IMG/VR virus record: IMGVR_UViG_3300028048_000038
Coordinates: 192,001-256,000 of that record
DNA from: a virus
Lineage: Duplodnaviria > Caudoviricetes
DNA: 64,000 nucleotides
Strand: one strand, 5' to 3'
This document shows, one piece after another, positions 9,122 through 20,046 of the stretch. The notes below the pieces were generated by a model. It saw only the letters and a program-made list of their open reading frames with translations, ran no database searches and was not told where the DNA came from. Each line of letters opens with the position of its first letter. Positions within the stretch are counted from its first letter, which is position 1. The position numbers and the translations under genes were made by a program.

Positions 9122-9709
9122 TTAGTATATTCTCAACACCTTTAATTTATCATCCTTATGGTGTAATAATTGTATATTAATGTTCTTATTGCTTTTATCT
9201 TGCGCCAATTCAATATACCCTATAGCATCAGCAAATATAATTGATTTAAGTTCAATTATAACATAATTTCTTTGTACATCAATATCATATGACAATGGCT
9301 TACCATCATATGAGCATTTCCATTTCAGATATTCAGAATTCACTTCTGATTTTACCATGAGCTTTATCTTATTATCATCTAATATTTCATATTGGTATAT
9401 TCTAAATGTAAATTTCTTTTCTGCTGATTCTTTCAAATTTGGTTTTATCAAGATTCTAGCCTTTTCCTTTTTATAGTTTTCCAATATAATATATTCTCCA
9501 CCTTTTATTAACTGTAGATTGAGTGTTAAACGTAGTTTATCTATCCCCTCTTCGCTGTACTCAATCAATTTGTTAGATGAAAAAGATACAACCCAAGGAA
9601 TCTTTTCTCCGTTCTCACCTTCTGACACTATAGATAATATGTGTTCTTCTTGTGGAAACTCATTTAAATCGAGTGTAAATTCATTTTCAAAACTGTTAAT
9701 CTTAAACAT
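9122..9709 (-). CDS. Hypothetical protein (two beta-rich repeats)
   Basis: 195-aa ORF at the end of the structural operon. Confidence 0.7.
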   Translation of the reverse strand: MFKINSFENEFTLDLNEFPQEEHILSIVSEGENGEKIPWVVSFSSNKLIEYSEEGIDKLRLTLNLQLIKGGEYIILENYKKEKARILIKPNLKESAEKKFTFRIYQYEILDDNKIKLMVKSEVNSEYLKWKCSYDGKPLSYDIDVQRNYVIIELKSIIFADAIGYIELAQDKSNKNINIQLLHHKDDKLKVLRIY

Positions 9710-9733
9710 AGTGGCACTAACGTTTGTTAATTA

Positions 9734-12028
9734 TTATCCATTATAATACAAATATATAGTTCCACCGTCTGATAAAACATTAATTCCATTTATGATTAAT
9801 ATCTTATTACCTGCGCTACTCTGAAACTCAGCTAAAGTAATAGATGCATTTTCATAAGTGCTGTCCAATACTTTTACCTTAGATACTAGAGTGCTTCCAA
9901 CTGTAAAATCTGGGACTGTGAAACTGTTCGACATACCATCACAGAATATTTCTACTGTACCATTAATTTCATTAGGCGTACCATTTACCAAGGTAAATGT
10001 TACAGAAATGTTTGATGGGGCTGGGTCATTACCTTTCTTCTGTTTAACCATTATTGATGCTTCACCATCCCCACAATTTTCAATGGTATAAGATATTGGC
10101 AGTTCGTAAGTTCTTTCCTCACTAGTATTGTTCTTTTCGATATCAGCATAGATAGCACCATCTTCAAATGATACATTTGAAACAAAGCTACCTCCACCCT
10201 TATTAACTGTAAATGTTACAGTACCGCCACTACACGTTGGCTCTTTATCATAGCTAATCCTACAATCTGATGATATACCAACATCTTTAATACAACTATT
10301 GAATATATAGCTACCGATAAACTCATGTTCACCACCATTTTTACTCATAGCAGTTTGTGCGCTATACGCCTCGAAGAAGGCGTTATCACAGTCACATTCT
10401 ATTGTTGGGTCTTTTGGATATTCATCTTTATCTTGATTTGAGCCGATTTGTTTAACAATTATGGTATCATAGCATTCTTCATTATTAAGTTTGAATGTAA
10501 CACCACCTTCACGAGTTGAACCACTATTCAAACTAGCAGAGTAAGATATGTTTCTTCCATTAACTGAAACAGTTAACCACTCTGGTTTATCAGTCAATGT
10601 AATATCACAAATAGCTGTGTCAGTTACTGTATCAGTACCACCACTACCAATTTCTATATTAGATTTGGTTACACATGTTTTACAAGAATCTGAGCATGGT
10701 TTCTTATACTGCTGATATTGTATAGTAAATACATTTGTACAGTTGCTGCATATATTACTTGGTAATATTGCCTTTGCGTCATCTTCAAAATTACATGGTG
10801 ATTTTTTAAAGGTATATTCTACACTAACATTATCAAGAGTACCTTCATCACAATCATCGCCACTATAAGGTAGTATATCAATATAGTCTTCCCATATATT
10901 TCCACTTGTCAATCCACTAGTACAATTTTCATATACTGTTATTGCGGAATATTCCCAAGATACTTTCATTGTACCTCCGTAATATGGAAACACATAAGGA
11001 TTTAGAGGATTTATTTCTTTCCACGTTCCACTGACTGTATCTTTATAATAACGTTTTACAGATGAAGTACTTACACAATAGCCAGTATCTGGATGCTCAA
11101 CTTCACATTGGCATTCACCACTATAGTTTAAATCCTTCTTCTGTGTAATTTTCAAATTAATTGTATTACCTCCACCACACAAAGTATGACCACTCCATAC
11201 ATATGGAATAGTTCTAACTCTTTCTCTACAGCACTCGCTACCATCACATTTTGGCACTTTCACAGTACCTTGGTGTCTTCCATAAGTCTCTTTTTTCTCA
11301 CAGTCAGTTAATGTAATTTTTTTATAATCAAAGTAAAAATTAACAGTGCCTCCGCTATAATCTACTTTTTGCGGGTTATAGTAAATATCGTTTATTTCGT
11401 AGCATTCACTAATTCCACTTTCATCGCAGCAATTCTCTGGCTTTTGAACATAACAATATAAGCCTGATATTGGTATTTCTTTAGTGGTTTGTTTTCTACA
11501 ATCAGTATAACCACTAATATTAATTGCTGGAACACTTATTGTTCTATTTTCGGCATCACAATCTACATTTGGACTTATGGGGACTTGTTGAGAACCACTT
11601 TCCCTTACTCTTGAAATTACGTGGCATTCATCTTGTCTAGTCTCCCAATATTGGTAATATACTGTTGTAGCACTATTATCTGATGTTACGTAATATGGAT
11701 TTACATATGCATCAATTAATTCATAAAATATTGCGCAGTTTCCGCAATCTTCACAGTCATCCCTTCTCTTTTGGGTAATATTATATGTTATGGTGCAACC
11801 ATTCCATCTTATTGTACCACTTGATTGTTTATCGTCAGTGCATGATGTATTGACACCTATATATATTGATTCACAATAATTTTGGACATCATCACCAATA
11901 CAACCATCTGTATTTCTAATGACACCAACCCAACAAACGGTAGCATATGCACTATCAGCATCAACTGTAATGTTTATTGTCTGACTTTTCTGTAATGTTC
12001 CGTTTTTATTTAACCAATACTCTACCAT
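9734..12028 (-). CDS. Cys-rich multi-BACON/Ig-like virion protein
   Basis: 764 aa; KPEWLTVSV...LNSGSTREGGVTF...VKQ BACON-like module; repeated ~100-aa modules ending in IxQ followed by Cys linkers. Confidence 0.7.
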   Translation of the reverse strand: MVEYWLNKNGTLQKSQTINITVDADSAYATVCWVGVIRNTDGCIGDDVQNYCESIYIGVNTSCTDDKQSSGTIRWNGCTITYNITQKRRDDCEDCGNCAIFYELIDAYVNPYYVTSDNSATTVYYQYWETRQDECHVISRVRESGSQQVPISPNVDCDAENRTISVPAINISGYTDCRKQTTKEIPISGLYCYVQKPENCCDESGISECYEINDIYYNPQKVDYSGGTVNFYFDYKKITLTDCEKKETYGRHQGTVKVPKCDGSECCRERVRTIPYVWSGHTLCGGGNTINLKITQKKDLNYSGECQCEVEHPDTGYCVSTSSVKRYYKDTVSGTWKEINPLNPYVFPYYGGTMKVSWEYSAITVYENCTSGLTSGNIWEDYIDILPYSGDDCDEGTLDNVSVEYTFKKSPCNFEDDAKAILPSNICSNCTNVFTIQYQQYKKPCSDSCKTCVTKSNIEIGSGGTDTVTDTAICDITLTDKPEWLTVSVNGRNISYSASLNSGSTREGGVTFKLNNEECYDTIIVKQIGSNQDKDEYPKDPTIECDCDNAFFEAYSAQTAMSKNGGEHEFIGSYIFNSCIKDVGISSDCRISYDKEPTCSGGTVTFTVNKGGGSFVSNVSFEDGAIYADIEKNNTSEERTYELPISYTIENCGDGEASIMVKQKKGNDPAPSNISVTFTLVNGTPNEINGTVEIFCDGMSNSFTVPDFTVGSTLVSKVKVLDSTYENASITLAEFQSSAGNKILIINGINVLSDGGTIYLYYNG

Positions 12029-12034
12029 TTGTCT

Positions 12035-15000
12035 TTAATTTGTGTATCTTATTTGTAAAATAGCCGTAGATGGAATCATCTGTGTGAGATAATTCATAAC
12101 AATATCGTCAATGTATTTCATTTCACAATCACCTTGACCTTTTTTAGCACCGCTATTGGCAAATAAATTATTATGGAGTTTAAATGTAATCCTTATTACT
12201 TTTGTATTGAAAATCTGATTAGTAATGGTGTTTTTGTCTTCAATATGATATACTTTCTGAATATAAGGTTTTTCTTCTGTTGTAGGAGCTGGATAATAAT
12301 CACTAACAGTGAACCCATAACCGCTAATCTTTGTACTCAATGCGTTCTCAAAGTTGTCATAGCATCTTTCATCAAACATGTCATTCTCTATCGAATATTT
12401 AAATAACTGCTCATAATACTTGAAATATTCTCTACCATTATCATAAACCATCATGCCATTATGAGGATTATTGCCATTGTTATCATTAACAATGGTGTTA
12501 ATCATCTTACATCTTGTCTCTCCTAAAGATAAACGTCTCCAGCCACCACTCGCATGTGTTGAATTGTAAAGCCTATTAGATTGAGAGAAATCAGCAATTG
12601 TAAAATAATTTGTATAGTTAGCCAAGTTAGGGTCAATTATCTCAAACAAATTGCTACAATTTTTATAATCATCATAACATTGAATGGTATTATTCACAAT
12701 ATAACAATTTATAGGTTGACCATTTGGTATCTCGTTTATATTAACTGTTGAAACATTCCCATTTCTATCAAATACTCTTATGATTTCATCAAAGAAATAA
12801 TCATCACCAGCTCTAACAACACCGTTTGACTTTATAAGTTCAATATATCCATTAATGGAATTTTTGCAAAAACTATCCTTCTTGATGTTATAAATCATTC
12901 CTGCCAATACAGCTATGTTATTTTGAATATATGAAACATATACAATTTGTCCGTTTGTTATTTCATATGAAGGAACTGATAACATATCTTGTAAGGTATC
13001 AAATCTTCTGATATTTCTTACTGTTTCCTTGAATAATTCACCATTTGTACTATATACAATATTATTATCCACATCGAATTGGAAACTATAATAGTTGCCA
13101 TTGTATTTAAATGCCTTATCTTGCCAACCACCATTCATTTGGAAATATGGATTCCCATCATATTGTTCGTATTTTTCGAAGTTTGGATATAATGTTCTAG
13201 TTCTGTCATTATTTTGCACATACTTAACAGGCAATCCTTGATATGATAAGTAGTTAACATCTATTCCATCCCTATTATAATTTGAGACAGACCTATAATC
13301 ATATGTAATAGTCTTTGTTGAATTAACCCAATCTATCTCATTCATTTGGTGTGCATCATCCCATCTATCAGTAATAGTGTTACTACTAGCAACATATTCA
13401 GTTATTTCATAATCATAATCACTTTGTTTACATGTTTCTGAAAGCCCATCAACAAATTTTTTATTTTTAAATCCAAACATTCCAAGAACCATATCAATAC
13501 CATCGAGAGTACCTTTATGACGCCAGATATAGCGAGAATTAAGTTTTAGTCTTCTCAAGAACTCGTTATTAACTTCATTATAACTGTATTCCCTTTCATC
13601 TGAGAATGCCTTTATTCTATTTCTAACAATTGAATTATAACCACAAGAATCAACTCTTGTGTATTCATCTGCGCTAGCAACACTCAACTTATATGACCCA
13701 TTATTATATCCACAAGGAACAGTCCCACTTGAACAACAAGATATATAATACCCATTTGGATATTGTAATTTATCTTTGCTATATGGTACTACAGTACCGC
13801 TACATTGTATGAACTTTCTAGGCAAAGTGTCACATTTATTACTAGATGGTTTAGTGATATCGCCACTAATATCATATGGAATTACTAATCTTACATTCCA
13901 CCCTTCATTTTCCAAAACATCTGTCAAGAAATAATCTGGTAAATTGCTTCTCTCGTCATATGTAACTCTATTGGTGCTTCTAATGTTATTGATATATGCC
14001 AATGTCTCGTCAAACTCCCTAGCAAAGATTCTAAGAGCCTTTTGCATCTTCTCACCACCAATTACGTATTCTTCTTCATCACCTTCAACATATTCACGTG
14101 TATAAGTCCAATCAAAATTCTTGATTGCCTCATGGGTCATAGACCTATATAGGTTATCAGTAAAGTACTCGTCATAGAATGAACCAATATCGGATAATCT
14201 TGATGTGTATGTGTTAAATCCATATGAGGTGGCATCTATGTTATATCCACCTTCTGAAGTTGGGAATACGAATTCCTCAAATTCTCTATAATAGCCGTTT
14301 TCATTCTCCTTGATAACAGAAAATATAGCTTTATATTTAGGGGTTGTCTTTGGATTTAATAGAAGTCTTTGGAAATTGTCACATTCGTTGTAGAAAGAAT
14401 ACAAGTATGGTTTATCTGGTGTAATATGAAAACAATAAGGTCTTTCACAAAAATATTTTTCATCATTAAATTCAACATATGAGTTTAATAGTTGGTATAA
14501 AGAAGTTGTGTCAGCCGTTTCAGTCTCGCCACTTTCATTTATATAATCATGTATAACTTTATAATATTCGTTTTCTATTTTGCACACAATTGTTTCCCCA
14601 CTAAGTTCAAGCGGAATGTGGTATTCTTCATTATCTGTTTTAACAAATATATCATAATATAATAATTTATCTTCATAAAGATAGTATACTACATCATCAT
14701 CACCAAGCCACGCACTAATCTCATAGGTGTCTGATGCTGTTTTCAAGGTTATGTCTGCAACTTTATCACCCTTGCATGGATAATATGTTGTTGCGCTTTC
14801 ACTTGTAACTTCTGTGGAATCTGTGGTTGCCGTATATCTTATATACTCATTTTTACCAACATTTTCTGAATAATAGTATGTTGATGTCCAAGCAGTTACT
14901 TGCTTATTATCTATTGTATATGCATTATATCCACCATTGGCAAAATACTTGAGGGTATTCGTCACATCATCTGGTTTTGTCCTAGAATGCATATTAATGC

Positions 15001-15529
15001 CAAAAGGATTGACGATATATTTTAAATCCTCAGAACCCAATATTGGTCTAGATTCGATTATGCTCCCATCAACTGTCTTTGTTTCGGTATAATAGACATT
15101 ATTGCTTGTCCCATACAGTTCTCCTGGAAATCTGTCTATAATATCAGTTATTGATGAACGTAGCATTTCAGACAATGAACCATAATAGCAGAAATCACAG
15201 AAATCATAATAATCTTGCTTTAATACTATCTTGGTATCATTATCATTGTCATCAGTGGATACAAGACCTTCTAGTGATGATACTGTCCAAATATCACCAC
15301 TAGTACTGTTTTTATCCCATTCTTTAGTATTATATTGGTTTGAGATACCACTATCATTTCTTACCGTAATAATAAAGTTATTAGAACGATAAATTGGGGT
15401 TTGTGATGAAGGAAAATTACCAACACCGCCTATTGTCGTAATATCTCTCTCATATATTGTACCATCATTTATAGATTGATGAAATGACTTTAGTACATAG
15501 TTACTATGTGTTTTTATAAACTTTGGCAT
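12035..15529 (-). CDS. Baseplate/tail structural protein
   Basis: 1164 aa in the structural operon; RYIWRHKGTLDGIDMVLGMFG resembles the P2 gpI-like/wedge KGT motif. Confidence 0.6.
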   Translation of the reverse strand: MPKFIKTHSNYVLKSFHQSINDGTIYERDITTIGGVGNFPSSQTPIYRSNNFIITVRNDSGISNQYNTKEWDKNSTSGDIWTVSSLEGLVSTDDNDNDTKIVLKQDYYDFCDFCYYGSLSEMLRSSITDIIDRFPGELYGTSNNVYYTETKTVDGSIIESRPILGSEDLKYIVNPFGINMHSRTKPDDVTNTLKYFANGGYNAYTIDNKQVTAWTSTYYYSENVGKNEYIRYTATTDSTEVTSESATTYYPCKGDKVADITLKTASDTYEISAWLGDDDVVYYLYEDKLLYYDIFVKTDNEEYHIPLELSGETIVCKIENEYYKVIHDYINESGETETADTTSLYQLLNSYVEFNDEKYFCERPYCFHITPDKPYLYSFYNECDNFQRLLLNPKTTPKYKAIFSVIKENENGYYREFEEFVFPTSEGGYNIDATSYGFNTYTSRLSDIGSFYDEYFTDNLYRSMTHEAIKNFDWTYTREYVEGDEEEYVIGGEKMQKALRIFAREFDETLAYINNIRSTNRVTYDERSNLPDYFLTDVLENEGWNVRLVIPYDISGDITKPSSNKCDTLPRKFIQCSGTVVPYSKDKLQYPNGYYISCCSSGTVPCGYNNGSYKLSVASADEYTRVDSCGYNSIVRNRIKAFSDEREYSYNEVNNEFLRRLKLNSRYIWRHKGTLDGIDMVLGMFGFKNKKFVDGLSETCKQSDYDYEITEYVASSNTITDRWDDAHQMNEIDWVNSTKTITYDYRSVSNYNRDGIDVNYLSYQGLPVKYVQNNDRTRTLYPNFEKYEQYDGNPYFQMNGGWQDKAFKYNGNYYSFQFDVDNNIVYSTNGELFKETVRNIRRFDTLQDMLSVPSYEITNGQIVYVSYIQNNIAVLAGMIYNIKKDSFCKNSINGYIELIKSNGVVRAGDDYFFDEIIRVFDRNGNVSTVNINEIPNGQPINCYIVNNTIQCYDDYKNCSNLFEIIDPNLANYTNYFTIADFSQSNRLYNSTHASGGWRRLSLGETRCKMINTIVNDNNGNNPHNGMMVYDNGREYFKYYEQLFKYSIENDMFDERCYDNFENALSTKISGYGFTVSDYYPAPTTEEKPYIQKVYHIEDKNTITNQIFNTKVIRITFKLHNNLFANSGAKKGQGDCEMKYIDDIVMNYLTQMIPSTAILQIRYTN

Positions 15530-16671
15530 GATTCTGCTAATATTTCATTTAGTTTAGTTTCAACATTCTCATCATAATTGATATAATATAGTTTAATGTT
15601 GTGTTCTTCGCAAAGTTGTTTTTTCTTATTATCTAGTGACTGAATATGCTTTAAAGATTCATCTTTATGATTCCAGCCGACAAAATGTTGTTCTCCTTGA
15701 CATTCAATGGCTATGTTATATTTTGGTAAATAAAAATCTAAATGCTGTCTATCAAGCCAAACAAAATATTTTTTATTTACTTTTTCTATAAATTGAATGC
15801 TCTTATTTTTTAATAAATTACTAGTATATTTTTCTAATTTACTATCTCTACAAAAAGGACAACCACAACCACCTAAATGGTGTGCTGGAGTTTGCCAAAA
15901 CTCACCATGTTTAGGGCAAATTATAGGAACTTCAATTGTACTACTAATATAATTTATTGTTTTTTTATCGTAAATATATTTGTCGCCATGAACATTTATA
16001 GATTTCTCTATAAATTTATCTACGTCTAGTCTTCTAATGTTTATAAGCTCTTCATAATGACAAAACTTGCACCCATTACCTTTTAAATGGTCTTCTGGCC
16101 TTTGCCAAAATTCACCATGTTTAGAACATATAATACATACTCTGCCTTTTTCATCTCTATTATTCATGTCAGTTTTAGTGTAGATATATTTGTCCCCATG
16201 AATTTTTTTAGCTAGAAAAATAAATTTATTATTGTCATATTTTTGCTTTAAATGCGCAGAATTTACTCCACATTTTTTACATCCACCGCCCATTAGGTGA
16301 TACGCTGGTCTTTGCCAAAACTCACCGTGAATTGGACAGATTATACATACTCTACCCTTTTCATCACTATTGTCTAAATCACTTCTAGAATAATCATATT
16401 TTTCACCATGAATAGTCCTAGCCTTAGAAATAAATTCATCAGTTTTCATAGAAAATTTTTCTGACATCATTTCATATTTACATTTACGACATTTTTGTCC
16501 ATTCAAATGATTACTAGGTATCTGCCAAAACTCACCATGTTTAGGACAGATTATGCACACTCTACCCTTTTCATCACGGTGTTCCAAATCTGTATTTGTG
16601 TAAATGTATTCATCGCCATGAACCTTTCTTGCTCGTTCAATAAATTCTTCTGTCGTTAACTTTCTACTCAT
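15514..16671 (-). CDS. Putative homing endonuclease: four 70-aa CPxHG repeats plus C-terminal PD-(D/E)XK/Vsr-like nuclease
   Basis: CIICPKHGEFWQ repeats with a 210-nt period; HLDFYLPKYNIAIECQGEQH. Confidence 0.8.
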   Translation of the reverse strand: MSRKLTTEEFIERARKVHGDEYIYTNTDLEHRDEKGRVCIICPKHGEFWQIPSNHLNGQKCRKCKYEMMSEKFSMKTDEFISKARTIHGEKYDYSRSDLDNSDEKGRVCIICPIHGEFWQRPAYHLMGGGCKKCGVNSAHLKQKYDNNKFIFLAKKIHGDKYIYTKTDMNNRDEKGRVCIICSKHGEFWQRPEDHLKGNGCKFCHYEELINIRRLDVDKFIEKSINVHGDKYIYDKKTINYISSTIEVPIICPKHGEFWQTPAHHLGGCGCPFCRDSKLEKYTSNLLKNKSIQFIEKVNKKYFVWLDRQHLDFYLPKYNIAIECQGEQHFVGWNHKDESLKHIQSLDNKKKQLCEEHNIKLYYINYDENVETKLNEILAESCQSL

Positions 16672-16676
16672 AACTA

Positions 16677-16708
16677 CAAAGATATTGAAAAAAAATTAAA
16701 ATTCCAAA
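16677..16708 (-). promoter_or_regulatory. Bacteroidetes-type promoter of the homing endonuclease
   Basis: TTTG-N20-TATCTTTG. Confidence 0.75.
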
Positions 16709-17614
16709 CTATTTGTCATCAATTGTTTGTGAAAAATCAATGCCATTTGTCTTTTCCTTTGCAACCTCAAAGACTGGTTTTCCAGTATATTGGTCTTTAA
16801 GAGTGTAAACCTCCTTCTGGTGATAAATTTGACCATTACTATTAAATGTAGTGATAAGACCATTATCAAGGTCTCTAAGTTGACTACCTTTAAGCATATC
16901 ACTAACGGTGTCAATATCATTTTCACACATCTCAATATCTAGTTGTATTGGTTCGAACAGTGTATTAACCAACAAAATATTTTGTCCAACCTTGCCTATG
17001 TATGGGCTTTGATTATCTTTAAACATTGCTGCTGCTGATGGTGATACCGTAATGAATGTTAATGTCGAACTATCCTCATAACGATATGTATATGTCTTAT
17101 CGCTTGATGTGGCTGGCATTGTAACTACTGGTTCACACTTATTATTCGATGTAATTATCCTATAATAATCTTGTCTGCCATTATTATCATCAAGGAAAAC
17201 GATACGATAGCCAGTAAGTTCATTGTTCTTTCTAGCCTTTTCTTTAAGGTAGTCACTATTAATTCTAGTTGTATCCAATACAATACCCCTAACATCTGGG
17301 AATGCAGTCAATGTACCAATATCAGTTATACTTGCCCTAATCTCTCTTGGTTTTATATAAACTGTATAGAATCCTTTCTTATTGAATTCACTAAGTGGTA
17401 GCTGAAGGTTATACATGCCCTCAACCACATCAGTACCATCTTCTCTTTTTGCACGTGTTAGAACTCCAGATGGAAGTGTCTTAAATGCAGCATTCGTTAT
17501 TGAATCATAACTTCTTGTTTCATGATAACAAAAAGAAATGTCCACCAAATTGCTTATTTCACTATCCTTAATGTTTATTGGAATTGATAAACCGTATGCT
17601 CCTAAAGCTCCCAT
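16709..17614 (-). CDS. Conserved structural (baseplate-region) protein
   Basis: 301 aa, tightly coupled within the structural operon. Confidence 0.6.
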   Translation of the reverse strand: MGALGAYGLSIPINIKDSEISNLVDISFCYHETRSYDSITNAAFKTLPSGVLTRAKREDGTDVVEGMYNLQLPLSEFNKKGFYTVYIKPREIRASITDIGTLTAFPDVRGIVLDTTRINSDYLKEKARKNNELTGYRIVFLDDNNGRQDYYRIITSNNKCEPVVTMPATSSDKTYTYRYEDSSTLTFITVSPSAAAMFKDNQSPYIGKVGQNILLVNTLFEPIQLDIEMCENDIDTVSDMLKGSQLRDLDNGLITTFNSNGQIYHQKEVYTLKDQYTGKPVFEVAKEKTNGIDFSQTIDDK

Positions 17615-17616
17615 AT

Positions 17617-20046
17617 TTAAACATCCATTATTTTAAAGTAATTATTGCCGTAATTCTCCAAAGCCTCCAAAGATGCTACTTCACCAAGCTTCAGATGTTT
17701 TTCAAATGCAGAGTTTATTCCTCTGTCTATATAAATATTCCCCTTAATATTTTCTGGGGCTGAAACACCAACCCTATATTCTTCCTTGACTATAGGTAAT
17801 AATATATCACCACCAACCCAATTTTTACTGCCACAGTTAGGACATGTGCTTGAATTTATGTCTTCCTTCGATTTATATCCACAACTTTTACAAACAAATT
17901 TATAAGCAGATTTCCTTATGTATTTTCCATTTTCGTTTCTTAAAGTATAATCTATTCTTGATAAATTATCGGCATATGTAGCCCCATATGGATTATCATC
18001 TATAAGTTCTTCCTTTTGTTTCAATCTATACACATATATTGGGTAACTGATTGAATGGGTGTCAACTTTTCTTACATCACTAGGCGATGAACCCTTTAAT
18101 CTTTGTTTCAAATAATATTCCACCCTAGCCTTTTCAAATTGAACTGTCTCTGTGTATGAAACGCCACTATAAGTTAATGATAATTCATTATTATTTAATG
18201 TGTATATGTTACCAACATTATAGTTAACATCACAATAAATGTCATCATCACAAATTTTATTACTATCTTTAGTTATGCCACTAATTGTGCCTTTAATACT
18301 TACACTACTATCGCTAATGGTTACAGCAGAACTTCCAATTTCTCCATCAACAGTCTTATAATAGAATTTCATTGAATTAATGACATCACCCTTAAACATA
18401 TCATCATGTCCATCAACATTTGTTACATTTGATATAACACCAATTTGATATAAAGGCTCTAACACCGTACCCTCAGCAGGTTGATGATTCGTATGCCCAC
18501 TAACATCATATATACCTTCTATAATATTACCAACATCATCAGTTAAGTAATTATCCAAATGAATAAATTTAAGTTTTGATGATGTATAACCACTTTTTGA
18601 GATGTTTTCATTGATATCATAAAGGTAAGAGGTGTTACCTGATATCAAAGAATCCCAAGAGCTTTCATCAAATTCATTCTCCATATAGGTACTATTAAAC
18701 TTATAACCCCTTTTTTCATCTTTAAGTTGCATGACGTTATCATTATTAGTTACTACCGTTCCACTTCTAGTATTTTCAGTAGCACCATAGCCATTTGCAA
18801 CTCTATAGTCAACGCCAACCTTATACTCTTCACAAAATATAGTGAATTCTCCCAAATCCTCAATAGAATTCTGTATTTCAATTGGTAAAATATGGAATGG
18901 CTCATAACACTTATAATGTGTCAAATCCATGTAAGGATATTTTCCTTTTGGAAGACTAGAAATAATTTTACTTTGTATACTACTATACCAACTTGTCATT
19001 GAGGTATAAACACTATTTCCACCACGATTTACATATTCTGTGCAATCACAGCAATCACTAACATCTTTACAATTCTTATTATTATAATTAAGTCTTTCGG
19101 TAAACCATCCAATCCATTTAATTACATCTGGATAATATAATGTGGTTCTGCCCCAATAGTTTTGATATTCCGTTGGTATGATATATGTTGGAATAACATT
19201 CTGACAAATCCATTTATAGAAACCGTTGTCAACACTTTCGATGATTTGATATTCGCATTCGCTAGATTCTATTGTTGAAGAACTAACGACACCTCCCATT
19301 AATCTTATTTCATTATCTAGATTAACATATGTTTGTAAGTCATTACCATAATACAAATATTCAGCACCTTTTTTAACTCTGATAATTTCATACAATGGTA
19401 CTTCTGTTGTTCCAGTTATATGCGAAATTGAATCTATATAACTAATTTTAAGTATACCATCAGAGATAGTAGGATTGCCGTATAGTTCTTTTCCGCTTGG
19501 AATATATGTTTTTCCATTTATAGTTTTTGTATAATATTCACCTTTTAATGTTATACAATTATTATTCCTCGTTGCACTAGTAATTTCCCTTGGATTAATA
19601 TCACCACCTTCATTATAATAATAATCAACTGCTGAACCATATTTTACACCACAATGACCATAATTGTTAAGAAGGTTATAATATTCTTTGAATTTATGAT
19701 ACCAAATACTTAAACGTTCAAAAGATATAATACGGCATTCGCACAAATCACAATTTTCTCTTGCTTCACTCTCTTTTATAACTGTTGGGGTATAAGTATT
19801 ACCACTAACAGACCTATCACAAGTTAGACAGTGATTATTATCCATATATGGTATGGAAATATCACTAGGCACTACAATATTCATTGGTGTCATACCATAA
19901 TTACTAGTATATGAATAACCCCTTTCCTTTAAATGATTATCATCAAAAAAATAAGGATTAGGGTCATTATTCATATAGGCTGGCCATATACTAGGCAGTC
20001 TGCTAGTCATTGGTTCTAATGATATTGTCTTATATATTTTTCTCAT
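17617..20046 (-). CDS. Structural-operon protein with a Zn-ribbon near the C-terminus
   Basis: 809 aa; CKSCG...CPNCG. Confidence 0.6.
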   Translation of the reverse strand: MRKIYKTISLEPMTSRLPSIWPAYMNNDPNPYFFDDNHLKERGYSYTSNYGMTPMNIVVPSDISIPYMDNNHCLTCDRSVSGNTYTPTVIKESEARENCDLCECRIISFERLSIWYHKFKEYYNLLNNYGHCGVKYGSAVDYYYNEGGDINPREITSATRNNNCITLKGEYYTKTINGKTYIPSGKELYGNPTISDGILKISYIDSISHITGTTEVPLYEIIRVKKGAEYLYYGNDLQTYVNLDNEIRLMGGVVSSSTIESSECEYQIIESVDNGFYKWICQNVIPTYIIPTEYQNYWGRTTLYYPDVIKWIGWFTERLNYNNKNCKDVSDCCDCTEYVNRGGNSVYTSMTSWYSSIQSKIISSLPKGKYPYMDLTHYKCYEPFHILPIEIQNSIEDLGEFTIFCEEYKVGVDYRVANGYGATENTRSGTVVTNNDNVMQLKDEKRGYKFNSTYMENEFDESSWDSLISGNTSYLYDINENISKSGYTSSKLKFIHLDNYLTDDVGNIIEGIYDVSGHTNHQPAEGTVLEPLYQIGVISNVTNVDGHDDMFKGDVINSMKFYYKTVDGEIGSSAVTISDSSVSIKGTISGITKDSNKICDDDIYCDVNYNVGNIYTLNNNELSLTYSGVSYTETVQFEKARVEYYLKQRLKGSSPSDVRKVDTHSISYPIYVYRLKQKEELIDDNPYGATYADNLSRIDYTLRNENGKYIRKSAYKFVCKSCGYKSKEDINSSTCPNCGSKNWVGGDILLPIVKEEYRVGVSAPENIKGNIYIDRGINSAFEKHLKLGEVASLEALENYGNNYFKIMDV

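Noticed and set aside
15880-16640. CRISPR-like or non-coding repeat array
   Set aside because: The 210-nt periodicity is in-frame protein domain repetition within the endonuclease.
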